Part shown: positions 45,839 to 55,811 of the stretch, in pieces
Position numbering within the stretch: position 1 is the first letter of the stretch
Layout: the number at the start of each line of letters is the position of its first letter
NCBI GenBank assembly: GCA_963740465.1
Contig: CAVUEE010000009.1
Coordinates: 58,700-122,699, forward strand
Origin: an uncultured Methanoregulaceae archaeon
GTDB taxonomy: Archaea; Halobacteriota; Methanomicrobia; Methanomicrobiales; Methanospirillaceae
DNA length: 64,000 nt
Direction of reading: 5' to 3'
Translations under genes and position numbers: made by a program
Notes under the pieces: generated by a model
Databases searched by the model: none
Told to the model about the DNA's origin: nothing
What the model saw: only the letters and a program-made list of their open reading frames with translations

Positions 45839-46871
45839 ATGGACCCCGTCGCTGTCGCCGCGCTCATGCTCGCGTTCGCGTTCACCTTCACGAACGGGTT
45901 CCAGGACGCCGCCGCGATCGCAGCGACCTTCATCGCCTCGCGGTCGGCCACGCCCCGCCAGGGGATCGTGCTTGTCGCGGGCATGAACACCCTCGGCGCC
46001 GTTCTGGGAGGCAGCGCGGTAGCGTTCACGCTCTCCGGCCTTATCGAAGTGACCGAGCCAGCCCAGACCCTCGTCGTGCTTTTCGTCGCGCTCGGCTGCG
46101 CGAGCGCCTGGAACCTCGCCACGTGGTCGCGCGGTTTGCCTTCGTCATCGACTCATGCCCTCGTCGGCGGCCTCATCGGGGCCGCCGTGGCCGGTACCGG
46201 GATCGGCTCGGTCAACTGGGGCGTGACTGCGCTTACAGGTCCTGCGCCCGCCCTCGAGGGCGTGACAAAGGTCATTATCCTGCTCGTGGCCTCGGTCGGG
46301 ATCGGCCTGGTCGGCGGCTTTGTGATCCAGCGAGGCCTGGCGATACTGCTCAGGAACGCCCGTCGCCGAGAGGCACGCCGGAGGATCATCGTGACAAACT
46401 GGGCTGCGGCCACCGGCATGGCCTTCTTCAACGGATCGAACGATGCGCAGAAGCAGACTCGGGATCGTCGCGCTCGTGCTCTTCGCCGCGGGCCAGACGG
46501 CGACGCTCGAGGTCCCGGTCTGGGCGCGGGCGGTGACGGCCCTGCTCCTTGGACTCGGCACTCTCAGCGGGGGGTGGCGGGTCATGAACACCCTCGGTCA
46601 CCGGATCTTCCGAATTGCGCCGATCCACTCCCTTTCATCGCAAGCCTCATCGGGAATCACGATCGCGGCCTCGACCCTCGCCGGAGCTCCCGTCTCCTCG
46701 TCTCACATCATCACGTGCTCGGTGATCGGCGTGGGCACGGCCGAGAACCCGCGCCGGCTGAACTGGCGCACGGCTGACGAGGTCGTGATCGCAATGCTCA
46801 TCACGATCCCGGCCACTGCCGCACTGGCCGCACTCGTAATGCTCCTAGTCGCACCACTCGCAGGGATGTAA
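45839..46871 (+). pseudogene. pit: Inorganic phosphate transporter, PiT family; frame break near 46455
   Basis: ..FTNGFQDAAAIAATFI.. and ..GLPSSSTHALVGGLIG.. are in ORF 45839..46777. The second half ..FNGSNDAQKQ|LGIVALVL..PVSSSHIITCSVIGVG.. is in ORF 46443..46871. The duplicated PiT signature (G.ND..N / S.T) is present. Confidence 0.85.
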
Positions 46872-46877
46872 ACGACC

Positions 46878-47531
46878 ATGACTGATAATGATGAATCGAG
46901 AGAACGGCACGGGCGCCGGGGGATCTTTGACCGGATCTTTCCGCTCGAGCACGATTTTCTCCGGATGCTCGTTGACCAGGCCGAGCAGACGCTCTCGGGC
47001 GTCGAGGCGTTCGTCGCCTGGCTGGAAGCGGGCGCCGCAGAGCCACCGGACGAGATCCGCCGGATCGAACGCGAACTGGACCACATGCGGTACGACCTCG
47101 AGGAGGAGCTGATCGACGCGTTCTCCACCCCGTTCGACCGCGAGGATCTCTACAGCCTCTCGCGCCAGATGGACTACATCCTGAACTTTGCCGCCGAGAC
47201 TGCGCGGGAGATGCACGCCTTCGGCGTCGCTCCCGACAGGGCTATCGACAAGATGGCGCGCCTGCTCCTCGAGGGCACCCGCGCCGTGGTCGAGGGAGTG
47301 AGCGTCATGACGACCGACGAGCCTCGCGTCCGCGAGAGCATCCGCGAGGGCCGAGCGGCCCTCCACAGGATCGAGGACGCCTACATCGACGGCCTTGCGG
47401 AGATCTTTCGGGGGACCGACGCGATGGAGACGCTCAGGCGCCGTGAGATCTACCATCACCTGCGCGACGGCGGGCGGGCCCTTCGCGGTACGCTCGACGT
47501 CCTGCACCGTGCAGTCGTCGGACTGAAGTGA
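46878..47531 (+). CDS. DUF47 / PhoU-like phosphate-transport regulator (TIGR00153-type)
   Basis: 217 aa, helical, with ..FDREDLYSLSRQMDYILN.. and ..REIYHHLRDGGRAL.. It lies immediately downstream of pit, the usual pairing. Confidence 0.75.
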   Translation: MTDNDESRERHGRRGIFDRIFPLEHDFLRMLVDQAEQTLSGVEAFVAWLEAGAAEPPDEIRRIERELDHMRYDLEEELIDAFSTPFDREDLYSLSRQMDYILNFAAETAREMHAFGVAPDRAIDKMARLLLEGTRAVVEGVSVMTTDEPRVRESIREGRAALHRIEDAYIDGLAEIFRGTDAMETLRRREIYHHLRDGGRALRGTLDVLHRAVVGLK

Positions 47532-47553
47532 AAGAAAAGAGGAACGGGCCCGG

Positions 47554-48624
47554 TCAACTGAGTCCGGCCGCCCAGCGCTGACCCGGATACCAGCGCTGGA
47601 ACATGCGGCTCGGCGGGACCAGCGGGTTCGTGGTCCCGGATTGCGAACCGCTTGATGACCCGGTGCCTATGGACGCGGCTGTCCGGGAGGTGCTCAGCCC
47701 GGAGCCGGCGGCGCCGGGACGGAGCACGTAGCGCTTGGACCCGAACGCCGAACGGGTCGTGGACACGGCCGGCGAGATCGATGCCGGCACCTGAGTCGGC
47801 GCCGCCGTGACGATCGCCGTCGGCTGCGCCGTCGGTATGATGATCGGCGCGGCAGTCGTCGGCACCGGGGTCGGCGCGACGGTCACCGGAACCTGCGTCG
47901 GGACCGCCGGCGTGATAATCCCGGTCGAGATGAGCGCGTTCGCCCAGCGCTGGGCCAGCTGGACCTCGCCTTCAGTGGTGGGGTGAATGCCGTCGGCCTG
48001 CGTGAACCGCTCTGTCGACCACGCCGTGTTCATGTCCACGATCACGATCGGGGAGGCGGTCGTGGTCATGCGCTGTGCATAGCTGAGCAGTTGCTCGTTG
48101 TACTCGTCGAGACCCGAGTTGGTGTTCCGGAACGTGTCGGCAGTCGGCGAGATCTGGGCGAGCATGATCCTGACATTCGGGTTCTTCTGTCGGAGCGACG
48201 CGACGATCCGGTCGATGTACCGCATCCGGTCCTTCATCGGAACCTGCTGCAGCACGTCGTTCGTGCCGATGTCAAGCAGGACGATTTCGGGAGTATCGCT
48301 CATCAGCATGCGGTCCATATCGTTTGCCAGCAGTTCAGTGGTATAGCCCGAGTACCCGTCATGGTCCTGATCGAACATGAACTTCTGGAAGTTTGGGTCG
48401 GTCGTGGATCCTACAAAGTCCACGTCGTACCCGCCGTTCCGGAGCATGGTCCAGAGGTAATACCTGTAGCTCGGATATGGCGAGTCCGGCATAAGGCCGC
48501 CCCGTGTGATCGAATCGCCGATAGGGGCGATCTTGACCGAGGCGTCCGCGTGTGCAGTTCCGACGGCGATTGCGCCGGTACAGGCGACCACAACCAGAGC
48601 GAGAAGGAAGACATTCAGTTTCAT
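47554..48624 (-). CDS. Secreted SGNH/GDSL hydrolase with Pro/Thr linker and the same C-terminal RWYP..RW.AG module
   Basis: Has a signal peptide MKLNVFLLALVVVACTGAIAVGTAHA, GDSITRG (block I Ser), ..GTND.. and ..DGIHPT.. (block V His). A PT-rich linker follows, then the tail ..FGSKRYVLR...RMFQRWYPGQRWAAGLS. Confidence 0.8.
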   Translation of the reverse strand: MKLNVFLLALVVVACTGAIAVGTAHADASVKIAPIGDSITRGGLMPDSPYPSYRYYLWTMLRNGGYDVDFVGSTTDPNFQKFMFDQDHDGYSGYTTELLANDMDRMLMSDTPEIVLLDIGTNDVLQQVPMKDRMRYIDRIVASLRQKNPNVRIMLAQISPTADTFRNTNSGLDEYNEQLLSYAQRMTTTASPIVIVDMNTAWSTERFTQADGIHPTTEGEVQLAQRWANALISTGIITPAVPTQVPVTVAPTPVPTTAAPIIIPTAQPTAIVTAAPTQVPASISPAVSTTRSAFGSKRYVLRPGAAGSGLSTSRTAASIGTGSSSGSQSGTTNPLVPPSRMFQRWYPGQRWAAGLS

Positions 48625-48812
48625 GCAGTTCTACCTGTTCGTGTCGAATCACGATCGGCGTCGGGATCGGCCGCCGAGGATCAACTCTCCTGATGATATA
48701 AACCCAGAGCAAATTTATGGATTTCGATCACTGCGAGATTTATCGCGCTCTTTTCGAGCAAATCCTGCACGGCCCCCGTGCGAGACACGCATGTACGTTT
48801 GCTGGACGTTGT

Positions 48813-48818
48813 AAAAAA
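48813..48818 (-). terminator. Oligo-T (T6 on minus strand) after the S-layer gene
   Basis: The stop is at 48833-48835. The minus strand continues ..ccctaatctcacccTTTTTTacaacg. Confidence 0.4.
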
Positions 48819-48832
48819 GGGTGAGATTAGGG

Positions 48833-51800
48833 TTACTCTCTGCGGAGGACGAGGACCGCGACTGCGCCGAGACCGACGAGGGCCACGACCGCACCGAACC
48901 CGGGCGACCGGGTCGGGGTGGCCGTTGCCGTGCCGTTACCGGCCGTTGTCGCTGCCGTCGCCGTCCCTGCCGTCGCCGTGACGTTCGTCGTCACGTTCCC
49001 GGCCGGCGTGGTCGGGGCGACAGTCACGTTGCCCTGGCCCGTTACGACATTGAACGTCGAGCTCGCCGTCGAGGCCGCGTCGATCGACTCGACCTGGACG
49101 TCGTAGGTGTCAGGCTGGAACTGGGCAGTGTTCACGCTGAAGTTGAACGTGTTGCCGTTCGCGCCCTTGACCACCTTGGTCGAGCCCGAGACGCCGCTGA
49201 AGCCCGAGGCCTGCGACTTGTCCGTCGGCTCGAACGAGCTCGACGTGATCGTCACGAGGAGGCTGTCCCCAGGTGCGAGGTTGGTCGTGCCCTGGACGTC
49301 GAACGTGTCGCCGACATGCTTGTCGGGGATCGGCAGGATGTTGATGTTCGCCGCTTCGACGGAGAACGTCAGCTTGGTGTAGGTGTCGTCGATGTTCGCG
49401 CCGTTGATCAGGTCAACCAGCGCGGTGGCCGCGTCGGAGCCCTGCAGACGGCCGGGGCCGGCTGCGACGAAGAAGTTGCCAGACGTGTCGTAGACACGCG
49501 TGACACCGCCCTCAGTGACGGGGGCGACATCGAACTGACCGTTGTACATCGGGTGCTGGACGACCGCGAAGTACTGGCCCGTGGCCAGGTTCTGCGTGGT
49601 GCCGCGCGTTACGGTGTACGAATACGTGCCGTCATCCTTGACCGTGACCGAGTCCTGCGCATACAGGTTCGTGCCGAACAGCCAGAGCGCAAGGTTCGAC
49701 GGCTTGCCCTCGGCAACGCCCGTGATCTTGAGCTCGTCGCCCTGCGCAACGACCGACGCCGAGGCGTTCGCCGTCACGAACGGCTTCTTGATGATCAGCG
49801 AGGCCGTCGCATACTTGGCCGACCGGAGGTTGTCACGGTTGTTCGGCGTCGCAACGGCGTAGATGGTGTAGGACCCGGCGTCGATGTTCAGGTTCGCCGT
49901 GCTCCACTTGTACTCCCACGTGTTGTCCGCGTTCACACTCTGCGTGGTGAACGTCGCTGCGTCACCGTTGGTGACTGCCAGCAGGTCAACGAGGTTCGCA
50001 CCGGCGCTCGGCAGGTTCGGACCCGTGATGAACAGGTAGACCGTGTCGGAGTCGGTGTTCTCGCCCGAGAGGGTGATCTCTTCGCCAAGATAGAACGACT
50101 GGTTGCCGCTCGTCTTGATCGTGACCGCACCCTTGACGACTTCGACCTTCACCGTGTCATACTGGAAGTTGCCGTTGGCCGGGTCCGTCCACTGAACACG
50201 GACCGTGAAGACCTTGTCCTTGGTGTTCGAGTCGGTCGAGAAACCGATCGTGCGCTTGCCGTTGTCGTCGGTCGTCGCCTTGGCATACCACGGGTTCGTG
50301 GTATTCTCGGGCGCTACCGGGACGTCTTCCGCAACCGTCTTGCCCGTGGTGTCGAAGACATACGTGCCGACGGCGGGGTCGGAGAGGTTCGCACCGGTCT
50401 GACCGGCCTTGATCATCGGCGGCTGGTTGCCCGAGCCACCCATGTCGCTCGTGCCGGAGACCCAGAGAGCGTAGGCGGTGTTCGGCTGGCCCGTGATGGT
50501 CACCGCGAAGTCGTTGTTCCGCACAATCGGAACATCGGTGTTCGCGACGAGCGTCAGGACGTTCTGGCCGATGGTGACCGAGAACTGGCTCGTGATGGTC
50601 TTGCCGGTGTAGTCAGCACCTGACGGGTCCTTGTAGTTGTCCTTCATCCCGTTCAGGTTGCACTCGGCCCAGACCTTGTACTCGCCCGTCTTGTAGTTCG
50701 CGTTGGCCGTGTCCCACATCGAGGCGTTCGTGCCCTTGCCCGCAACGAGCATCGAGGACGACGTGACGCCAACGAGCAGACTGTTCTGGTTGCCCAGGTC
50801 GTCGATCAGTGACGCGTAGACGTTGCCCGCGGGGTCCTTGACCTTGATCGTCACGCCCGCAGCGGTACCGCGCTGGGTGTAGACGGCATCGAGGTTGGAG
50901 TCAACACGGAACGACAGCAGCCGGCCGGCCACCACGGTCTTGCCCGTGACGTCCTTGTTGGACTGCACGTCCCAGACCTTGACGTTGAGCGCCGGGTCCT
51001 TGACGTTGATGGCAACCGCACGGTTGTTGTTCATGTTGTACCAGGCGCCCACACGGGTTCCCGGAACGACGTTGAACGACTTGGCGTTCGTGACGATCGC
51101 GGTGTCGTCGGGCGAGCTCGTCGCGACGTTCGACCCGGCCTGGAACCAGCCCAGGGTCGTGCCGTCGGCAATGCCCAGCGCCGAGAGGTCAAGACCATAC
51201 TCGCCGATGAAGACGGTGTCGCCAGCCTTCAGGATCACCTTGGGGTTCCCAATCGGAACGCCCGTGGGCGCAACCGTCGGAACCGTCGGCGTGACGTTGC
51301 CCGTCGGAACCGTCGTGACGTTGCCCGTGACGTTGCCGGTCGGAACGACCGTCGGGACCGTCGTGACGTTGCCCGTCGGGACAACCGTCGGCGTCAGCGT
51401 GCCCGGAGCAACCACGAAGGTGCCCTGGTTCGCCGTCGCAGAGGGCGTCAGGTCGGTGAAGTTGGTCTCATCGACACCGGTGTGCCCGCGGACGTGATCA
51501 ACGGTGATCGTCAACGCCGAGGTGCCCGCTGTGAGCGCCTTGAGGTTGATGTCCGCAATGGCGACCTTGCCGTTCGGATACTTGTTCGTCAGGTCAGCCA
51601 TCTGCATGAAAAGCGAGTTCGTGCCGTTCAGCGTCGCCGAAACGGAGTTCCCGACCTTCCAGTCAGTGCTGATGTAGCCAAGAGCGGCGCCATCCCACTT
51701 TACGGTGACCCACACGTCGTCAGCCTGCGGCTGCCACGTGTTGTCCATGTAAAGGGTGGAAACGCCGATCTGGCCCACATCGGCAGACTTTGTCTGCTCG

Positions 51801-51892
51801 ATTGAGAAGGTTCCCACGCCCGCTGCGCTCGCCAGTCCAACGACTGCGAGCGAGAGCATGAAGAACAGTGCCAGATGCTTCGTAAATCTCAT
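48833..51892 (-). CDS. S-layer-type surface glycoprotein with PGF-CTERM sorting signal (1019 aa)
   Basis: ATG 51892 gives MRFTKHLALFFMLSLAVVGLASAAG (signal). It is a large beta-rich body with more than a dozen N-x-S/T sequons. The C-terminus ..TPTRSPGFGAVVALVGLGAVAVLVLRRE has PGF + TM + basic tail (archaeosortase A substrate type). The frame is uninterrupted. Confidence 0.85.
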   Translation of the reverse strand: MRFTKHLALFFMLSLAVVGLASAAGVGTFSIEQTKSADVGQIGVSTLYMDNTWQPQADDVWVTVKWDGAALGYISTDWKVGNSVSATLNGTNSLFMQMADLTNKYPNGKVAIADINLKALTAGTSALTITVDHVRGHTGVDETNFTDLTPSATANQGTFVVAPGTLTPTVVPTGNVTTVPTVVPTGNVTGNVTTVPTGNVTPTVPTVAPTGVPIGNPKVILKAGDTVFIGEYGLDLSALGIADGTTLGWFQAGSNVATSSPDDTAIVTNAKSFNVVPGTRVGAWYNMNNNRAVAINVKDPALNVKVWDVQSNKDVTGKTVVAGRLLSFRVDSNLDAVYTQRGTAAGVTIKVKDPAGNVYASLIDDLGNQNSLLVGVTSSSMLVAGKGTNASMWDTANANYKTGEYKVWAECNLNGMKDNYKDPSGADYTGKTITSQFSVTIGQNVLTLVANTDVPIVRNNDFAVTITGQPNTAYALWVSGTSDMGGSGNQPPMIKAGQTGANLSDPAVGTYVFDTTGKTVAEDVPVAPENTTNPWYAKATTDDNGKRTIGFSTDSNTKDKVFTVRVQWTDPANGNFQYDTVKVEVVKGAVTIKTSGNQSFYLGEEITLSGENTDSDTVYLFITGPNLPSAGANLVDLLAVTNGDAATFTTQSVNADNTWEYKWSTANLNIDAGSYTIYAVATPNNRDNLRSAKYATASLIIKKPFVTANASASVVAQGDELKITGVAEGKPSNLALWLFGTNLYAQDSVTVKDDGTYSYTVTRGTTQNLATGQYFAVVQHPMYNGQFDVAPVTEGGVTRVYDTSGNFFVAAGPGRLQGSDAATALVDLINGANIDDTYTKLTFSVEAANINILPIPDKHVGDTFDVQGTTNLAPGDSLLVTITSSSFEPTDKSQASGFSGVSGSTKVVKGANGNTFNFSVNTAQFQPDTYDVQVESIDAASTASSTFNVVTGQGNVTVAPTTPAGNVTTNVTATAGTATAATTAGNGTATATPTRSPGFGAVVALVGLGAVAVLVLRRE
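51255..51405. repeat. Imperfect tandem repeats encoding the (V)PTGNVT(T) linker of the S-layer protein
   Basis: Iterated gtgacgttgcccgtcgg(a/g)ac units. The protein reads PTVVPTGNVTTVPTVVPTGNVTGNVTTVPTGNVTPTVPTVAPTG. Confidence 0.7.
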
Positions 51893-51966
51893 GAATTCAC
51901 CTACTCGTAATGGTTCATTACGCATGATACAGCAGTAAGATACCTCTCAAAAATCAGCATTCTTTC

Positions 51967-51974
51967 TTTAAAAA
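51967..51974 (-). promoter_or_regulatory. TATA-box-like element (TTTTTAAA on minus strand) upstream of the S-layer gene
   Basis: ~75 nt upstream of the ATG at 51892 in an AT-rich stretch. Long leaders are common for S-layer mRNAs. Confidence 0.35.
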
Positions 51975-52225
51975 CCTTCTCAAACTTATCCGGGGAATTC
52001 GGAGAAAATGGATGGGCGGAGCGCCATTTCATGTCCATGCGGCCCATATATCCGTGTAAAATATTGGATTCGGTATCTGTCTGTCTGGATGCCGGCTTCC
52101 GGGGGGTCTTTTTGCACGCTTCGGCCGAGGAGGTGCGGCAGGGGCCGCCGTCACGCCCCGCAGATACGCCGCGACCGCACGAGCCGGGCATTAATAGCCG
52201 GTTCGGGCATAGTGTACGGGGAGAG

Positions 52226-54109
52226 ATGAGAGAAGGAAAGGACGATGCCATGCTCGCAGCCAGGCGGACCGGGAGCGGGCAATCGGCTGCGGAGAACGGC
52301 CGCGAGGTGAATATCGGGAGTGTCGTCAAATCGATGGGGCTGGTCTTCGGCGACATCGGCACGAGCCCCATCTACACGCTGACCGTCATCTTCCTCACAA
52401 CACCTCCGACCGAGCAGAACATCCTCGGCGTCCTCTCCCTGATTATCTGGACGCTCATCCTTATCATCACGGGCCAGTACGCGTGGCTCGCCATGAGCCT
52501 CGGGAAAAAAGGCGAGGGCGGGACCATCGTGCTCCGCGAGCTCCTCCTCCCGCTCCTCCGGAAGGGGAGGACCGCGAGCTTCGTCACGCTCGTCAGCATC
52601 CTCGGCATCTCGCTCCTGATGGGCGACGGCGTCATCACGCCGGCCATCAGCATCCTCTCGGCCGTCGAGGGGCTCGAGCCTGATCCCGGGCCTCGAGGGG
52701 CTGGCCCAGGGCACGCTCATCCTGATCGCCGCAGTCATCGCCATACTCCTCTTCTCGTTCCAGCGCCGCGGCACCGAGCGCGTCGCGTTCACATTCGGAC
52801 CGATCATGGTCGTCTGGTTCGCAGTGCTGACCCTCACCGGCCTTATATATCGCTCGTCCAGGCTCCGTTCATGGTCGGCGCATTCAACCCGCTCGCCGGC
52901 CTCACCTTCCTCAGCGGCCACGGGATCGCCGCCTTCTTTGTCCTCTCGTCCGTGATACTCTGTGCGACCGGCGGCGAAGCCCTCTACGCCGATATGGGTC
53001 ACCTCGGTCGCGACCCGATCCGGCGAGCGTGGGCGTTCGTCTTCGTGGCGCTCGTGATCAACTATCTCGGTCAGGGGGCCTTCCTGCTCCGGCATCAGCA
53101 GCCGAGCAATCTCCTCTTCGAGATGTTCTACGACCAGGCCCCGCTCGTCTACATCCCCCTCCTCGTCCTCTCGATCGCCGCGACCGTGATCGCGTCGCAG
53201 GCAATGATCAGCGGGATCTTCTCGATCGTTTACCAGGGTATCACGACACGGATCCTGCCGATTATGAAGATCGATTACACCTCGAGCGAGCTTCGGTCGC
53301 AGATCTACATCGATATCGTCAACTGGCTCCTGCTCGTGGCCGTCCTCATCGTCATGGTCGTCTTCAAGGCCTCCTCGAACCTCGCGGCCGCGTACGGCCT
53401 CGCCGTCACCGGGGACATGGCCCTCACCGGCTCCCTGATCACGAGCATCCTCTTCCTGCGCGGTCACCGCGGCAAGGCCCTCATCGCCGCGGGGATCACG
53501 ATGATCGACATCACGTTCCTGCTCGCAAGCCTGACCAAGCTGCCCGCGGGAGCGTACTGGTCCCTCATCATCGCAGCGGTCCCGTTCTCGATCATCGTGA
53601 TCTTTCACTTCGGCCAGAAGCGGATCTACAGGCGTCTCCAGCCGATCCCGTTCCAGCGGTTCCTGAACGAGTTCCGGGATGTCTACGCGTCCAAGCCGAA
53701 GATCGAGGGGACCGCGCTCTTCTTCGCGCGCGACTTTCAGCGGGTACCGCCGTACGTCGCCCTGACCGTCTTCGAGAACAACATCATCTACGAGGACAAC
53801 GTCCTGGTCTCGATCCGGACCCTCGATCGCCCCTTCGGGATCTCGTGGGAGTTCAGAAAGAGCCCGACACCGGGGATCCGGCTCTTCGAGGTGCGCTCGG
53901 GCTACCTCGAGATGCTCGACGTGACCGCGATCTTCAGGGAGGCCGGCATCGAGGAGAAGACGATCTTCTACGGCCTCGACGAGATCGTCTCGACGAACCT
54001 CGTCTGGAAGATCTTCGCCCTGATCAAGCGGCTCTCACCGTCGTTCGTCCAGTTCTACAAGCTGCCGGCGAACCGTATCCACGGTGTGGTCACGCGGGTC
54101 GAGCTCTAG
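52226..54109 (+). pseudogene. kup: KUP/HAK/KT potassium uptake transporter; compensating frame breaks (~52680 and ~52850)
   Basis: ATG 52226. Has ..LVFGDIGTSPIYTL.., ..GDGVITPAISILSAVEGL.. and ..GGEALYADMGHLG.. (Kup signatures). The stretch 52680-52850 in the long ORF reads as junk (PDPGPRGAGPGHAH..), while the shifted frame gives LIPGLEGLAQGTLILIAAVIAILLFSFQRRGTERVAFTFGPIMVVWF. Confidence 0.85.
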
Positions 54110-54131
54110 GCCCCACCCGCGGCGTCGCCGG

Positions 54132-55479
54132 CTAGAGATCGCCCGCTCCCGCCGGAGAGGCCGGGCGGGACGGCCCATCCCGCTCGCTCTCCGCGAGCAG
54201 GACCGGCATCGGGACCGGGCTCGCGCCCTCGGCTATCTCGCCGACCGGGAGGACGCCGAGAACGCTGCGGCCCCCGTTCGATAGGGCCGGCATCACGAGG
54301 GCCATGCCGGAGCCGTCGACGGCGATGATGCGGAACCCATGCGTCCGTGCCCAGGCCGTTGCCGGCGTGGGTACCGGGGCCGACGGGATGGCGGAGAAGA
54401 TGAGCAGCTGGCCGAGCCGGATGGAGCGGTCCTGCGCGCCGACCTGTGCGCCGTGTTCGAACCGGAGCAGGTTCCGCCCGAGCCGCTCGACGTGCATCGA
54501 CTGCGGCACGAACCCAGCGATCCGGTCGATCAGAATCTGCTGTTCCATCGAAGGCTCCGGCGCGCCGGGCTGCAGCAGGTTTGCCTCCATCGCACGGGGC
54601 GTGACGGGGCGGAGCGGGGCCTGCGCGACGACGGACTCGCCGGCCGGCCTGGAACCGATGTATGACCCGACCAGCGCAAGGCCGGCCACGCCCGAGATCC
54701 CGATGAAGATGAAGAGCAGATAGCTCAGCCAGCGCGGCAGGAACGACGAGCCAGCGGCGTCCTGAGGCACGGAACCCGGAAAGGGCGCCACGGTCTCGGT
54801 CGGACTCGGAATCTGCTCGACCCCGTACGCGCCGGGCGGGATCTCGAACGTCGGCGACTGGACCACCTCTGCCGTGAAGTACGGAATTACATTCGGCGGG
54901 TCAGTCGGCGTAGCGTTCGTGACGTTGGCCGGGGCCTCCCAGGTCGGGGTCGGCTCGGCGGTATCAGGCAAGGTCGGACCGGAGTAGGGGGTCATTCCCG
55001 GATCGATGTCCGGCGTCCGGTATTCGGTCGGGGAGTACTCGAACGTCGTGGCGTTCGGCCAGGGTGTGGGGAACGTGGCGTTCACCGAGTCCGTCGCCCC
55101 CGGCACCGTCAGGGTTGAATCCGGCGGTCGGAGCCTTCGTCGTCGCGACCGCGGCGGTCGTCGGCGTCGCCGTGGGCTGAGGCGTGGTTGCCTCCGTCGA
55201 CGGCGCCGCTGTGGTCGCGACGGTCACCGAGGGACGCGGCGTCGTCGCGCGGACAGTCGATGATGTCGTGGGGCGGGGGATCTGTGTTGCGGCCTTCGAG
55301 ATGGCCGAGGAGGTGGTATCAGCGGGCATGCCGGCGACCGTCGGGAGTGTCGTCTGCGCAGCCGGTGAGGAGGAGGCCTTGACGATCTGGGATGCGCCCC
55401 CCGTCGGCACCGGCGTGGCCGCCTGGGCGGCGCAGAGGCAGAGACCGACGACGGCAAAGAGGAGGAGGACGGATTTCAT
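54132..55479 (-). pseudogene. Single-pass membrane protein with Ser/Thr/Pro-rich ectodomain and unknown cytoplasmic domain; frame break near 55100
   Basis: ATG 55479 gives MKSVLLLFAVVGLCLCAAQA (signal), then a T/S/P-rich region in ORF 54964..55551. It continues in ORF 54132..55106 with N-x-T sequons, the TM WLSYLLFIFIGISGVAGLALVGSYI and a ~190-aa C-terminal domain with no motif I recognise. Confidence 0.45.
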
Positions 55480-55811
55480 GAACAGTCTCACGGTGCATCT
55501 CCCGTGGGGAAGGGCAGGGAGCGGCGGAAAGCGTGCCGCCCCGATTATCATAGTGGATCTTGCATGCCAGCTATAAATGCCCTCGCAAAGGGGTAGAACC
55601 CCCCTGCTGAAAGGGAAAGAAATGGCCGCCGTTCCGGAAACGAGCGAGGATCCTCGCGCCAGTCATCGGGGCAGAGGTAACCCGTGCGCCGCTCGGCTGT
55701 TGCCGCTCGGATTGAAGCGGGGTGCGTATTTAAGTAGCGGTTCTGTATATATAATAGAGTACCTATGTTCAAGCGGTCAGTTCCCGGCAAACGACATGGG
55801 GGTGTGATCAC

